Made by a program: the position numbers and the translations under genes. Source: a candidate division FCPU426 bacterium (GTDB lineage Bacteria; Oederibacteriota; Muellerivitia; Muellerivitales; Muellerivitaceae). Taken from it: 64,000 bases of DNA. Numbering within the stretch: the first letter of the stretch is position 1; the number at the start of each line of letters is the position of its first letter. The notes beneath the pieces are model-generated. The model searched no databases, had not been told where the DNA came from, and was given only the letters and a program-made list of their open reading frames with translations. The DNA is taken from positions 354,196 to 418,195 of the forward strand of contig CAVRAL010000004.1 of the NCBI GenBank assembly GCA_963719085.1, read 5' to 3'. Below, piece after piece: positions 48,567 through 58,116 of this stretch.

Positions 48567-50090
48567 TTATTTAAGAAGGATGACTTTTTGAACTTGATGG
48601 CCCGAGGGGCTTTGGATCAGGATGAAATAGACGCCATTGCCGACGACCAATCCTTGATCGTTCTTTCCATCCCAAGTGTAAGTGTAGGACCCCTTGGTTA
48701 ATGCCGCGTTGAGGATCCTACGAACCCTTTCACCCGTGAGGTTGAATATCTCAACCTTGACTTGTCCCGCTTGGACGACTTGGACTTGAAGCGTCAACCC
48801 CGAACCCGGAGTGAAAAAATTGGAACTCAGGCTTAACGCCACCCCGGGAACCGGCGTCGGGGTCGCGGAAACAACCGGGATCGGGGTCGGCGTTGGAGCC
48901 GGGGGTGTATTCGTCGCGGTGGGGTTGGGGGTAGCTACCACCGGGGTATGCGTGGCCGTGGCGGTAACGGTAGGCGTCGGGGTTTGGGTAAAGGTCGCCG
49001 TCGGGGCCGGAGGCGTGTTGGTCGCGCTAGCGGTCGGTGTAATCGTGGGCGTGGCGGTCGGCGCGGTAATGACCTGACCATTCGGGTTAGCGATAGCCGC
49101 GCTATTGGTGAAACCCGTGCAAACAATCCCTCCGCTGGGCACGGTAAAAAGACAAGTGGAGTTGTTGGCAAAACCAGCGGTGGAGATATTCACCGTCACA
49201 TAAATGATGTCACCCGTATTGATGTTCCAATTGTAAGCGACACCGCCGTCAGTCCAATTCGGGGAGGCGAAAGACAGCGGTCCCAGATAGACCGCCGTTG
49301 CCGGATCAAAGTTCCCACCCCCCGGCTGGTCCCACACCTTGACCTGGGAAATGTCATTGTTGCCCGCCGTGCCTCCATTGGTGACCTGAAGATCCTGGAA
49401 CAAGGCGGTTCCGCCGCCGGCTACGGTGACTTTGAGTCCCAGCACCGGATTGTTCACGCTTCCCGGCGCCAAGTTGGCTGAGGCAATACTTTGGTCAGTG
49501 ACACTCGTGACGTTCGAATCGAATACGACCGTTCCCACGTTCGGATTGGAAACCTGCGCGTTACCCAAAGTCCCCGTGTTTAAAAAGGAAACGCCGGAAG
49601 AAACAATCCCCACCCCCGCTGTTTCATTCGGCCCCAGGTCCGTAACCGGAATCGGGTTGGTTCCCATATCCAAGGTCATGAAATAGTAGCCCGCGCCGAC
49701 CGTGAAGGGAAAATTGAAGACTGGCGCGCCATTGTCAGGCCCGTTTTGCCATTGAAAATGGTCGATCGCCGGCGGACTTCCTACCGACACAGCTGAACCG
49801 GGGGAAAACACCGAGGAAGACGGCTGATACCAGATATTGACGTTCGAGAGGTTGTCACCGCCCCCGATCTGGGCGGAACCGTTATCGAAGATCGTCACGC
49901 TTTGCCAGTTATCAGAGCCCGATCCCGTGAATTGAAATTCCAGGGCGAGGTTGTTCTTCGAACCCAAGGCCCAATTGGCCGATGGAACGGTGATGACATT
50001 GATACCCGTCACCTGGGCTAAAGCCGGAAGCGCGGCCGCCCAAGACAAACCCAGAGCCAATAGGAAAAAACGGGGCAAAAAACGTTTCAT
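48567..50090 (-). CDS. secreted protein with Thr/Pro-rich linker and T9SS-type C-terminal sorting (FlgD-Ig-like) domain
   Basis: Start moved to the internal Met giving signal peptide MKRFLPRFFLLALGLSWAAALPALA. (TPT)n linker. Last ~80 aa ...VKVEIFNLTGERV..L.........YTWDGKNDQG..VGNGVYFILIQS... match the Por/T9SS CTD pattern. Confidence 0.65.
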   Translation of the reverse strand: MKRFLPRFFLLALGLSWAAALPALAQVTGINVITVPSANWALGSKNNLALEFQFTGSGSDNWQSVTIFDNGSAQIGGGDNLSNVNIWYQPSSSVFSPGSAVSVGSPPAIDHFQWQNGPDNGAPVFNFPFTVGAGYYFMTLDMGTNPIPVTDLGPNETAGVGIVSSGVSFLNTGTLGNAQVSNPNVGTVVFDSNVTSVTDQSIASANLAPGSVNNPVLGLKVTVAGGGTALFQDLQVTNGGTAGNNDISQVKVWDQPGGGNFDPATAVYLGPLSFASPNWTDGGVAYNWNINTGDIIYVTVNISTAGFANNSTCLFTVPSGGIVCTGFTNSAAIANPNGQVITAPTATPTITPTASATNTPPAPTATFTQTPTPTVTATATHTPVVATPNPTATNTPPAPTPTPIPVVSATPTPVPGVALSLSSNFFTPGSGLTLQVQVVQAGQVKVEIFNLTGERVRRILNAALTKGSYTYTWDGKNDQGLVVGNGVYFILIQSPSGHQVQKVILLK

Positions 50091-50119
50091 GACACTAAGC
50101 ATATCACGTCTCCAACAGC

Positions 50120-51496
50120 TCAGTACCTGAAGAAAACCAATGTTTCCAATAGGAACGAGGGCAAAAGAAAAGGAATCGCCCAAACCAAATATCCCCCAAA
50201 AGACGGCATCTTAACGCCGGCCTTTTGCGCCACGGCCTTCACCAAAAGATTCGGGCCGTTGCCGATGTACGTCAGCGCTCCCATAAAAGACGCCCCGCAG
50301 GAGATGGCGATGAGCGCCTGGGGGAACCGCTCGGCTAATTCGTTGAGATGATTGGGCCCAATTCCCTGCCGGCTGGCGGCCAACACGCAAAAGTTTAAAT
50401 AGACCGGCGCGTTGTCCAAGATACTGCTGATGGGACCGGCGGCCCAAAAAAATTGCCAGGCTTTCGTCAGCGGCAAAAATTGTCCCTGAAGGGCTAAAAG
50501 CCCCAGCAAGGGAATCATGGCCCCAAAGATGCCGAAAAAAAGGATCGCCAATTCCAGGATGGGCCGGAAGTGGAACTGGTTTTCCCGATGGATCCGTCCG
50601 AGAGTGGTTTTATAGGAGACCCAGGCGGTCAGGCCCATAAAAAAAATCTGGAAAATTTTCGAGGCGTCTTCAGCGCCCGTTTCCCCGAGCGATGGCGTTA
50701 AAGCCGGGACCAGCCCATAACCTGAAAATAGAATCCCGCCGACGATCAAGAACAGCCACCCGATATTCTTCCACCCTTCCAATCGAAAAGGCGTGTTGGC
50801 TTTTAATCGTACGGCCGTTCTTTTTTCCCGCTTCAGGAACCACTTATCCGTCAGGTAAAAACAAATCAGCAGCAACCCCACCCAAAAACCAAAGGCGGGA
50901 ATCAGATGGAGATTCCAGAAAAAGGGCACCTGTTTTAAAAATCCCAAATAAAGCGGCGGCCCGAGCGGCAAAAAAGCTCCCGCGTTGGAAACGATGAAAA
51001 TAAAGAAAACCACCAGGTGGACTTTATCCTTACGTGCGCGGTTGGAATGAAGAAAGGGACGGATCAAAAGAAGGCTGGCCCCGGTCGTTCCCAACAGGTT
51101 GGAAAGCAGGGCCCCGCTTAAAAGAAAAAGGCTGTTGCCGCCCGGCGTTCCGCTGGGCCCGCCGGAAAGCCGGATGCCTCCGCTCACCACGTAAAGGGAA
51201 GCCATCACCATCACGAAGGCGGCGTAGTCCAGATAGGTTTGAAAAACCCGGTCCCAATCGCCCGACACCCCAACATAAACCCCAATCCCAAGAAGGGCGA
51301 AAAAACCACTGACCATGATCTGGCGGGACGGTTTTTCCCACCAACGGGCGGTTTGGGACATAAAAGGTAGCAGGATCAATAGAACCAGTAAAATACCGAG
51401 GGGCGCCGCGTCCCGGGCTATTTCAAAAACGCTCAAGGTGGATGAAGGGAGGGTGCCCATCAGCTTGGCCTTTCCAAAGACAGTTTGAACCGCCAA
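50120..51496 (-). CDS. ion-transporter-superfamily (ArsB/NhaD-like) permease
   Basis: 458 aa, ~12 TM helices. Two re-entrant-loop motifs SNAGAFLPLGPP and IGNGPNLLV typical of the IT superfamily. Not an Amt-family protein. Confidence 0.6.
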   Translation of the reverse strand: MAVQTVFGKAKLMGTLPSSTLSVFEIARDAAPLGILLVLLILLPFMSQTARWWEKPSRQIMVSGFFALLGIGVYVGVSGDWDRVFQTYLDYAAFVMVMASLYVVSGGIRLSGGPSGTPGGNSLFLLSGALLSNLLGTTGASLLLIRPFLHSNRARKDKVHLVVFFIFIVSNAGAFLPLGPPLYLGFLKQVPFFWNLHLIPAFGFWVGLLLICFYLTDKWFLKREKRTAVRLKANTPFRLEGWKNIGWLFLIVGGILFSGYGLVPALTPSLGETGAEDASKIFQIFFMGLTAWVSYKTTLGRIHRENQFHFRPILELAILFFGIFGAMIPLLGLLALQGQFLPLTKAWQFFWAAGPISSILDNAPVYLNFCVLAASRQGIGPNHLNELAERFPQALIAISCGASFMGALTYIGNGPNLLVKAVAQKAGVKMPSFGGYLVWAIPFLLPSFLLETLVFFRY

Positions 51497-51571
51497 GACG
51501 TCCCGCTAGCCCGATTTCGGGCTAACCCTGCGGGACAGTGCCACCCCCATTAACTTTTTTACGGAGGGGCG

Positions 51572-51677
51572 GCCGCCAAGTCCGCTAAGGAAGGCAAAAA
51601 AACGACAATTTTTTCGATGCCTCTTTGAGATAAGTCCTTTGCTTTTCTTGGCGGACTTGGCGTCTTGGCGGTGAAAT
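51572..51677. repeat. MITE-like repeat copy 2: gccgccaagtccgc ... cttggcggacttggcgtcttggcggtgaaa
   Basis: Inverted arms ~65 bp apart; the right arm carries an extra tandem gacttggcg unit. Confidence 0.55.
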
Positions 51678-51703
51678 AGGTTTTTGTTAGAAGGCTTTTT
51701 AAC

Positions 51704-52264
51704 TCAGTGTTCGTAACCGTCGAACCGGGGCATCATGACGAATTTGCGCCAATCCCCGCCATGGGCGTGGACCGCGTACATTTCCTTGGCGTTGAACTTT
51801 TCGGGGGGAAACACATACACCCAAGCCTTCACCTTTTCGCCTGTGGCCGAAACCGTCACTTCGCGTTCCACCCGAAGAAGCCGACTGGACTCGGGAGCGT
51901 CGGGCCGAAATCCTTCTTGCGCGTCGATCAAAGCCAGTACATGCTCTAACTTGTTGAAAGTCATGACTTCCCCGTAAACTTTGGATGGGGGCGGCGCGAC
52001 CGCTGTGGCGGCGGCGGTTGCTGGAGCGGAAGCAGGCGCTACGGGAGCCGCGACTGGGGCCGCCTCTTCCAACAAAAGGGGCAAACCCGTGGGCAGTTGG
52101 TACAGTTTTCCGGCAATCTCGGCCCGGGCCCAGGTGCGGACGAAACGGGCGATCTCTTTATGCTTCACCGCGTCTTTCAAAAAAACGTCATAAACGAAGA
52201 TCGAGTCGGAAGGGGTTGGGTCACTCACGCAATCCTCCAAAAAATGGCTTTTCCAACGGGACAA
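51704..52264 (-). CDS. gamma-glutamylcyclotransferase (AIG2-like) fold protein with internal Ala/Pro-rich linker
   Basis: 186 aa. IFVYDVFLKD...H start and ...GEKVKAWVYVF end fit the GGCT pattern; ~30-aa AP-rich insert. Confidence 0.45.
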   Translation of the reverse strand: MSRWKSHFLEDCVSDPTPSDSIFVYDVFLKDAVKHKEIARFVRTWARAEIAGKLYQLPTGLPLLLEEAAPVAAPVAPASAPATAAATAVAPPPSKVYGEVMTFNKLEHVLALIDAQEGFRPDAPESSRLLRVEREVTVSATGEKVKAWVYVFPPEKFNAKEMYAVHAHGGDWRKFVMMPRFDGYEH

Positions 52265-52332
52265 TCCCGCGGAAACAGGCGAGGGCTATGGTACTAAGAG
52301 GAAGGTTGAAAATCCAGAATCTTTGAGGAGGC

Positions 52333-52716
52333 CTAGCGGGCTCCGGCGATTTTTCGGTGTTTGCGGTCGTCGTCCTGCATGGAAATGGCCTTGAGGCCCC
52401 GTTCCCCGGTGCGGATACGGATGGCGTCTTTTATCTCGGAAATAAAGATCTTACCGTCCCCCATCTCGCCCGTATGGGCGCCCTCAATAATGGCGTCAAT
52501 AACGGATTCCAGATGTTTCTTTTCCACCACGATCTCGAGTTTGATTTTAGGGAGAAAACTCACGCGCAAAGAATCGGGCCAGCCGGAATGGAGGCCCTTC
52601 TGCCGGCCATGCCCCGCCATTTCGGTGACCATGACGCCGGGATAACCGATGCTTTCCAATTTTCGTTGGACCGAGTCCAGTTTATCGGGCCGGACAATCG
52701 CTTCGATCTTAAACAT
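52333..52716 (-). CDS. PII (GlnB/GlnK-family) signal-transduction protein, paralogue 1, with C-terminal extension
   Basis: 127 aa. MFKIEAIVRPDKL...GYPGVMVTEMAGHGRQKG...KIFISEI PII fold. ~20-aa basic tail. Confidence 0.8.
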   Translation of the reverse strand: MFKIEAIVRPDKLDSVQRKLESIGYPGVMVTEMAGHGRQKGLHSGWPDSLRVSFLPKIKLEIVVEKKHLESVIDAIIEGAHTGEMGDGKIFISEIKDAIRIRTGERGLKAISMQDDDRKHRKIAGAR

Positions 52717-52799
52717 ACCAACCGCCTTTATTCAAAAACCTTTTTACAGTGATCAATGCGGATAAAAGCTGATAAAAAGCGACTCCATCCCATGTTTTC

Positions 52800-52890
52800 C
52801 AAAAATCTGCGTCTATCCGCGTCCGCGTCGCTTTTCCATATCATAGTTAGGGGAGAGCGACATTGCCCCAGGATACCATTGCTCAAATGC
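52800..52890. repeat. conserved intergenic element, copy B (upstream of PII paralogue 1); homologous to 9741-9860
   Basis: See copy A. Includes a short stem gtcgct/agcgac whose counterpart in copy A pairs only via a U-G wobble if transcribed (minus-strand reading). Confidence 0.5.
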
Positions 52891-52987
52891 CTTTTGGTTT
52901 CGTCAAAAGTTCTTATAAAACTTGGAGGCCGGCCTTGGCCGGGCCAGCCCCGCAAGTCCCTGCAGGTGGAGAGGAGAGAGAGAAGGA

Positions 52988-53329
52988 TTACGAAACGACT
53001 TTTTCGCCCTCTTCCCCACTGCTGATCTTATAAGCCTCTTCAATACCGTAAACGAATATTTTTCCGTCCCCCACTTGCCCCGTGGACCCGCTTTTAAGGA
53101 TGGCCTTGATCAATTTCGGCGCGTCCTTGCTGGTGGTCACGATTTCTAATTTCAGTTTCGGCAACAACTCCACTTTATACTTGCGCCCCCGCCATTGCTG
53201 GGTGATGCCCTTTTGCTTGCCGTGACCCTCGACCTCAGTCACCGTAACCCCGCCGTACCCGGCCTCTTCGAGCGCGGCTTTGACTTCCTCGAATTTCTCC
53301 GGACGGATGATCGCTTCAATTTTTTTCAT
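52988..53329 (-). CDS. PII (GlnB/GlnK-family) signal-transduction protein, paralogue 2
   Basis: 113 aa. MKKIEAIIRPEKFEEVKAALEEAGYGGVTVTEVEGHGKQKG...GKIFVYGIEEA, canonical length. Confidence 0.85.
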   Translation of the reverse strand: MKKIEAIIRPEKFEEVKAALEEAGYGGVTVTEVEGHGKQKGITQQWRGRKYKVELLPKLKLEIVTTSKDAPKLIKAILKSGSTGQVGDGKIFVYGIEEAYKISSGEEGEKVVS

Positions 53330-53703
53330 TTTGGTCCCTGACCCTCACCCCGATGATCTCTAGGCCTGCCCTAGTAATATACCCCACCGTTCCGTAAAAA
53401 TCGGCTTAGCGCGTCCACCGCCGGGAAACCTTCACCCGCGCCATCCGGGGACCCAGCCCCAACCAAACCTTAAACCAAAAAACGAGACGATCCCAATCCA
53501 TCCATGTATTCATAAAAGATCTCCCTCACCGTCATTTCAATCTTTATAAAAGCAAGACTTATGCCAGCAACGTCACTTGATTTTGTTTCGTTTTTATTTG
53601 TTTAAGTTCGTTTTCGCATTAGCGAGAAAACCGGATTATTGGTGGGGTTCTACAATTTCGTATAAACCGAGATGGTAAAAACGAAGGTTGAAACGGGGCC
53701 TAA

Positions 53704-53740
53704 AATAAAAAAGCCCCGGCGGGAAACCCGCCGGGGCTTT
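53704..53740 (-). terminator. rho-independent terminator after the porin gene
   Basis: Minus strand reads aaagccccggcgg-gtttc-ccgccggggcttttttatttt. Confidence 0.65.
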
Positions 53741-53759
53741 GAACTGCTTTCAGCTAATC

Positions 53760-54902
53760 TTAGAACACAAACGCGGTCGACAAAGTCGCCGTCAACTGAT
53801 CGGCGCTGTTGCCACCAAAGGAACCAGCTCCGGCTCCCGGAACGACGCCATTGACTAATTCGTAGTCATAACGGCCTTCCAAGGAAGTCGTCCAAGCCGG
53901 GGTAAAGGCATGGGTCAAGGTCAAAGTAGCTTCCCGACCTTCGTCGGTTTGACCAGCGCCCAAATTATAGAGGCCCAAACGACCTTGGATATCCTTGAAC
54001 TCCTCAACGCGAAGAGCCGCAGACCAGTCGCTGGCAATAGTGTACTTGCCATAAAGAGCAACGCCCCAATAATCGGCCGAGGTGTAGGACTTACCGCCGA
54101 CGCCGGTGAAGGTGCCACCCGCGTCTTGGGCGCCGTATTCGGCATCCAAAGCCAAGGCAACGTCAGAAGCGGCGTTGTAATCAATGATGGCTTCCGCAAC
54201 ATAGGCGTCATTGCGGTTGGAACCAGTCAAGCCGGACACCGAGCCCGGGCCGTCAATGGCGTTCACAACGACTTTCCAGGTGCTGTTCGGGGTCCAAGCC
54301 AACTCGCCGCCGAAGGTTTGCGCATGGAAACGAGCCGTAAGGGTCGAATTCCAGCCATCCGTGGCATAGGCAGTGATCGACAGGGTCGGATCAATCGCAT
54401 AGCCCACAGACAGACCTTGGTTCCAAACCGGGATGTAACCGAACAACAGCGAATGGCTGTAGTTCCAGTTGCTTTCAGCTTCCACCACTTCATTACCCAT
54501 CCAGGTCGTGAAACGGCCACCGGTCAACGTCCAAGCTCCGGTCGTGTACTGGGCATAAGCCTGCAAAACGCCCAAGTTCGTGCCACCCGGCAAAGCCAAG
54601 CCAGCAATGTTGCCGCCATCGACATAAGCCAATTCCACCACACCCGAGGCAGCACCTTGGGTAGCGGTAATTTTGGTTTCAGCCAAGCCAATGGAATAAG
54701 AGCTGTCAACGCTGTTATACCAGTAGCCCAGATTTCCAAAATTTCCCAACTTCTTAGCCTGGTTAGTGAAGTTGTACGTGTAGTACGCGTCCACCAAACC
54801 GTCGACCTTCACGGTCGGGGCAGCCGTATCGGCCAAGACGGGCGCGAAGCCCATCAAAACCAACGAGGCCACTAAAGCCAAAGCCTTAATCGTCTTATTC
54901 AT
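53760..54902 (-). CDS. outer-membrane porin (beta-barrel)
   Basis: 380 aa. Signal peptide ...GFAPVLA, alternating beta-strand pattern rich in G/Y/T/N, C-terminus ...LSTAFVF. Confidence 0.7.
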   Translation of the reverse strand: MNKTIKALALVASLVLMGFAPVLADTAAPTVKVDGLVDAYYTYNFTNQAKKLGNFGNLGYWYNSVDSSYSIGLAETKITATQGAASGVVELAYVDGGNIAGLALPGGTNLGVLQAYAQYTTGAWTLTGGRFTTWMGNEVVEAESNWNYSHSLLFGYIPVWNQGLSVGYAIDPTLSITAYATDGWNSTLTARFHAQTFGGELAWTPNSTWKVVVNAIDGPGSVSGLTGSNRNDAYVAEAIIDYNAASDVALALDAEYGAQDAGGTFTGVGGKSYTSADYWGVALYGKYTIASDWSAALRVEEFKDIQGRLGLYNLGAGQTDEGREATLTLTHAFTPAWTTSLEGRYDYELVNGVVPGAGAGSFGGNSADQLTATLSTAFVF

Positions 54903-55430
54903 CGCTTCCTCCTAGAAAAATTAAAACTACTTATTCTCCACTCTCTCCACCAACCATCTTTCTGAACTTCCATCAGGGACAGAAAGAAGCCCTACATGAC
55001 CATGGGTTATAGCAGAGCAAAGCCTATGCCAAAAGGGGTTTGTTAACGATTTGTTAAAAAAATATGAATTAGGGCCCTTTTCGCCCTTTGAAACACCCCC
55101 TTTTTGCTGGGAAAAATGGGCTTTCCCTTCGATTATTGTCCACTTCTACAATTTTGTTTTTTAAGCGTTTTTTACGCTTCCTTTACGCCTGATCCAACTG
55201 CTTTTTCAAAAAAACTTCCAAGACCCGCCATTTCCGGTTACCCACCACGAAGCCAACAATCACTATGAACCTCGATAACCAGCTGACAAATTCAGCTTTG
55301 GTAATCGTCATCCTAAGCTTGTTGCTGACCCAAGGATCTAATTTTTAGAGTCATGCCCCATATTTGATATACCGGCCTAATCCAAGATTACTATTAAAAT
55401 GAACCCCGAAGTAAATAAGGCTTAAATATG

Positions 55431-55460
55431 AAAAATCGGAGAAGCGAAAGCTCCGATTCG
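55431..55460 (+). other. hairpin (aatcggag-aagcgaaa-gctccgatt) ~70 nt upstream of the island ATPase gene
   Basis: 8-bp perfect inverted repeat inside the AT-rich island leader. Possible operator or attenuator. Confidence 0.3.
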
Positions 55461-55528
55461 AAATATTTTTCAAGAATACCAGGTGCCATACAATAGTTTT
55501 TAGCACTTATTTCGTTGGGAGTTTTGAC

Positions 55529-56863
55529 TTGATAAAGTCTTTAAAAATAGAAAACTTTAAAAGTTTCGAAATATACACGATTCATTTTGATCGTTTGAAT
55601 TTATTAGTCGGCGGCAACAACTGCGGGAAAACAACTATTTTCCATGCTTTACAATTTGTTTTTTGGTGCGTGGAACAAACAGCAAATATCGATGATGACA
55701 GTGTTACTTTTTTAAAAGCACAAGTAAGTGAAATACCAGTTATTCCATACTTTAATCAACGCGACATCTTCCACAAACAAAAAGTTCGCAAAGGAAATGC
55801 GCCTGCTCGAATTCGGCTGACAGTTGAAACAGACGTAGCTCCTCCATTGACCTTTGTTATTTATCCTGCTTTTAGTAGGAACTTACTTGTTAGCGGCGAA
55901 AGTAAAACAATAACTCGCAAACAATATGATGATTTAATAAAAGTCAAACCAACATATATTCCAGGAACTATAGGTATAACCGTTAAAGAAGATTTATACC
56001 GGGTTGTAGCGCAGGAACGAATGATTGCCGACGGAAGACAAAATCAAGTTATCCGTAATCTTGTGTTTCGTTTAAAAAACAACGATAAAGGCGGGGACGA
56101 ATGGCATGATTATGTCGACGTAATGAAATCACTATTTTTGCTTAGCGGAATTGAAATTCCTTTCAACGAAAATAGGGACGAATGGCTCACTGCAATTTAC
56201 AGCGAGGGCGATTGTAAATTCGATTTTGTTTCTGCGGGTTCCGGATTTTTGCAAGCGGTTAATCTTTTAACATTCTTATTTTTGCACGAAACAAAAGTGG
56301 CCTTAATAGACGAACCAGACTCACATATGCACGAAGATTTACAAAAGTTAACTCTCGATAAATTAGACCAGTTATCCAAGAAAAAAAACATACAACTTGT
56401 AATCGCTACACACAGTCCTACATTCATTGATGCTGCTGGCCTTCAAAATGTGATCGTAATTGACAACAAACTGCCGCTACCTTTAAAAGCTCAAAATGCT
56501 GAGGATCTATTTCCGATGCTAGGCGATAGAGGTCTAGCCATGCCACCAATGAAAGTAATGGACACTTTAAAATCCAGAAAAGTTTTGTTTGTTGAAGATT
56601 ACGAATCAGATTTTCAAGATTTTTTGAACGAATTGGGCGAGGTTTATAAACCCGGTTTCAAAGCAAGAGTTAAAGATTTGACGGTTATTAGCACAAAAGG
56701 AATTACTAGTAGTTGGCCGTTCGAAGCCATTGCTTGCTTTGAAAAACTGCTTGGAACGAAAATTGATTATGTTTACGTTTCGGATAGAGATTTTCATACA
56801 GACGAAAACGTACTCGAAAGAGAAGCGCGGGCTCGCAAGGAGAAAAAAACATTTTCCATTTAA
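55529..56863 (+). CDS. OLD-family-like ABC ATPase with C-terminal TOPRIM-like motifs (probably the N-terminal ~440 codons of a longer gene; see next feature)
   Basis: TTG start with GGGAG RBS. Walker A LLVGGNNCGKTTIFHAL, Walker B/D-loop ALIDEPDSHMHEDL, H-loop LVIATHSPTF. Then VLFVEDYESD (TOPRIM Glu) and YVYVSDRDFH (DxD). ~35% GC versus ~59% background. Confidence 0.7.
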   Translation: MIKSLKIENFKSFEIYTIHFDRLNLLVGGNNCGKTTIFHALQFVFWCVEQTANIDDDSVTFLKAQVSEIPVIPYFNQRDIFHKQKVRKGNAPARIRLTVETDVAPPLTFVIYPAFSRNLLVSGESKTITRKQYDDLIKVKPTYIPGTIGITVKEDLYRVVAQERMIADGRQNQVIRNLVFRLKNNDKGGDEWHDYVDVMKSLFLLSGIEIPFNENRDEWLTAIYSEGDCKFDFVSAGSGFLQAVNLLTFLFLHETKVALIDEPDSHMHEDLQKLTLDKLDQLSKKKNIQLVIATHSPTFIDAAGLQNVIVIDNKLPLPLKAQNAEDLFPMLGDRGLAMPPMKVMDTLKSRKVLFVEDYESDFQDFLNELGEVYKPGFKARVKDLTVISTKGITSSWPFEAIACFEKLLGTKIDYVYVSDRDFHTDENVLEREARARKEKKTFSI

Positions 56864-56913
56864 ACCGCAGAAATCGCGAATCCTACCTACTCTCGCCGAT
56901 TATTCTTTCTTCA

Positions 56914-57381
56914 GTGTTGTCAAAAAAGTGGACTGAAAAAAATCCAGGCAGAAAAAACGACTTTTATACAACTGAAAGATTGAATAAATTCGTGATAGAC
57001 GTCGCAAAAGAACTTGAGGAAGGAACAAGAACGAAATTCACGATTTCTCATGACCCCGAATTACGAGGGGATGCCAAACATAAAACCGAGATTCTTCAAA
57101 AACTAAATGAATACTTCAAAAAAGAGTACTCTGAAAAAATTCAAAATAATGAGTTGCCTTACAAATTGCTAGACGCAAAAGAAACTTTGAAAAAAATACG
57201 AACAACAGTTTCTCAGGAATTTAAAGTTTCTTTTTCTGATAAGGAACTATTAAGTCATTTTAAAGTTTCCGATATACCAGAAGAAATAAAAATGATTATC
57301 GATAAAATATTGGAGATGTATCCCGGCAGTAAAGACCTCTCAGAAAAAATGACTGCATCAGAACAAAAAAGACTTTTTTAG
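56914..57381 (+). CDS. 155-aa ORF (GTG start), probable C-terminal part of the OLD-like gene
   Basis: Its reading frame is open upstream back to 56788 and overlaps the 3' end of the ATPase ORF in the -1 frame. One extra A in the A7 run at 56843-56849 fuses the two ORFs into ~620 aa. Confidence 0.5.
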   Translation: MLSKKWTEKNPGRKNDFYTTERLNKFVIDVAKELEEGTRTKFTISHDPELRGDAKHKTEILQKLNEYFKKEYSEKIQNNELPYKLLDAKETLKKIRTTVSQEFKVSFSDKELLSHFKVSDIPEEIKMIIDKILEMYPGSKDLSEKMTASEQKRLF

Positions 57382-57416
57382 TCGGCAGTGAAATTCGGAA
57401 ATTTTCTTAGTGGTTT

Positions 57417-57845
57417 TTAACGGGATTTTTTGACTCGTAGAAGTTTTCGTCTTTTTAAAATCCACTTCTTCCAAAGTGGATCTTTCCATAATTTCTTAAG
57501 CTTTATTGAAACCTTACGTTTTGAATATCTCGAGTGCTTTACCCCAAGCGCAAGTGTATTACCTTTTAATTGTTTTCTTCGGAGCTGAATAATCGAAGAA
57601 CTTTTATTTAATTTTATCAACTTTCGTCTCAAATTATCCCTTGCTTCTCTTTTCAGCTTTAGTTTTTTTCCCTTTGTATTTACATTCCCAATTTTTAAAA
57701 ATCCAATCTTTTTCCTAACTTCTAAACTATGAATATATTTTAGTCTGTATTTCCGCTTATACTCTTCCACACTTAATTTGTGCTTATTAAGATGCGTTCC
57801 AGTTAAAGTTTTAAATATGGCTTCACATTCATTACATCGAATCAC
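57417..57845 (-). CDS. MucR/Ros-type zinc-finger protein with Lys/Arg-rich C-terminal tail
   Basis: 142 aa. CNECEAIFKTLTGTHLNKHKLSVEEYKRKYRL aligns with the Ros/MucR zinc finger C-x2-C-x9-10-H-x3-H followed by (T)PEEYR.KW.L. The remaining ~100 aa are >40% K/R. Confidence 0.6.
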   Translation of the reverse strand: MIRCNECEAIFKTLTGTHLNKHKLSVEEYKRKYRLKYIHSLEVRKKIGFLKIGNVNTKGKKLKLKREARDNLRRKLIKLNKSSSIIQLRRKQLKGNTLALGVKHSRYSKRKVSIKLKKLWKDPLWKKWILKRRKLLRVKKSR

Positions 57846-58116
57846 GATTAGTAATCCCGTTTTCTATTAAAAATGCTTGAAGACGCTCTGAAATCATAGA
57901 TATTTCTTCTATGGACAACTTACCTCTGTTTAGACATGCGATTATTTCTAGAGTTAGAGGCCCGATTAAGGAGTGATAAATAAAGGTAAAGCGCTCTCCT
58001 TTTTCCTCTTCGGTTCGTGGATCCAAAAGTCGTTCCGGCAACACAATATTATTTATAACTTGTGGTTCTAAATAGATACTCAAAGCATAAAAAATGTTTT
58101 CTATGTCTTTTTTCAT
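57832..58116 (-). CDS. hypothetical 94-aa protein, translationally coupled (14-nt overlap) to the MucR-like gene
   Basis: ATG with AGGAG 13 nt upstream; low-GC. No recognisable motif. Confidence 0.4.
   Translation of the reverse strand: MKKDIENIFYALSIYLEPQVINNIVLPERLLDPRTEEEKGERFTFIYHSLIGPLTLEIIACLNRGKLSIEEISMISERLQAFLIENGITNRDSM

Noticed and set aside
55265-55348. 27-aa hydrophobic peptide ORF (MNLDNQLTNSALVIVILSLLLTQGSNF) in the island leader, possible type I toxin
   Set aside because: No Shine-Dalgarno sequence, no antisense-RNA evidence, and a very short ORF in AT-rich DNA where such ORFs arise by chance.
56843-56849. Programmed -1 ribosomal frameshift at the A7 run joining the two OLD-like ORFs
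   Set aside because: The site is GAG-AAA-AAA-ACA, which is not a canonical X_XXY_YYZ heptamer in frame. A7 is short for efficient transcriptional slippage. A homopolymer sequencing error or a genuine pseudogene is more parsimonious. Kept as a possibility only.
56730-56936. 68-aa third-frame ORF across the OLD-like gene junction
   Set aside because: It is simply the other non-coding frame spanning the A-run junction and has no independent support.
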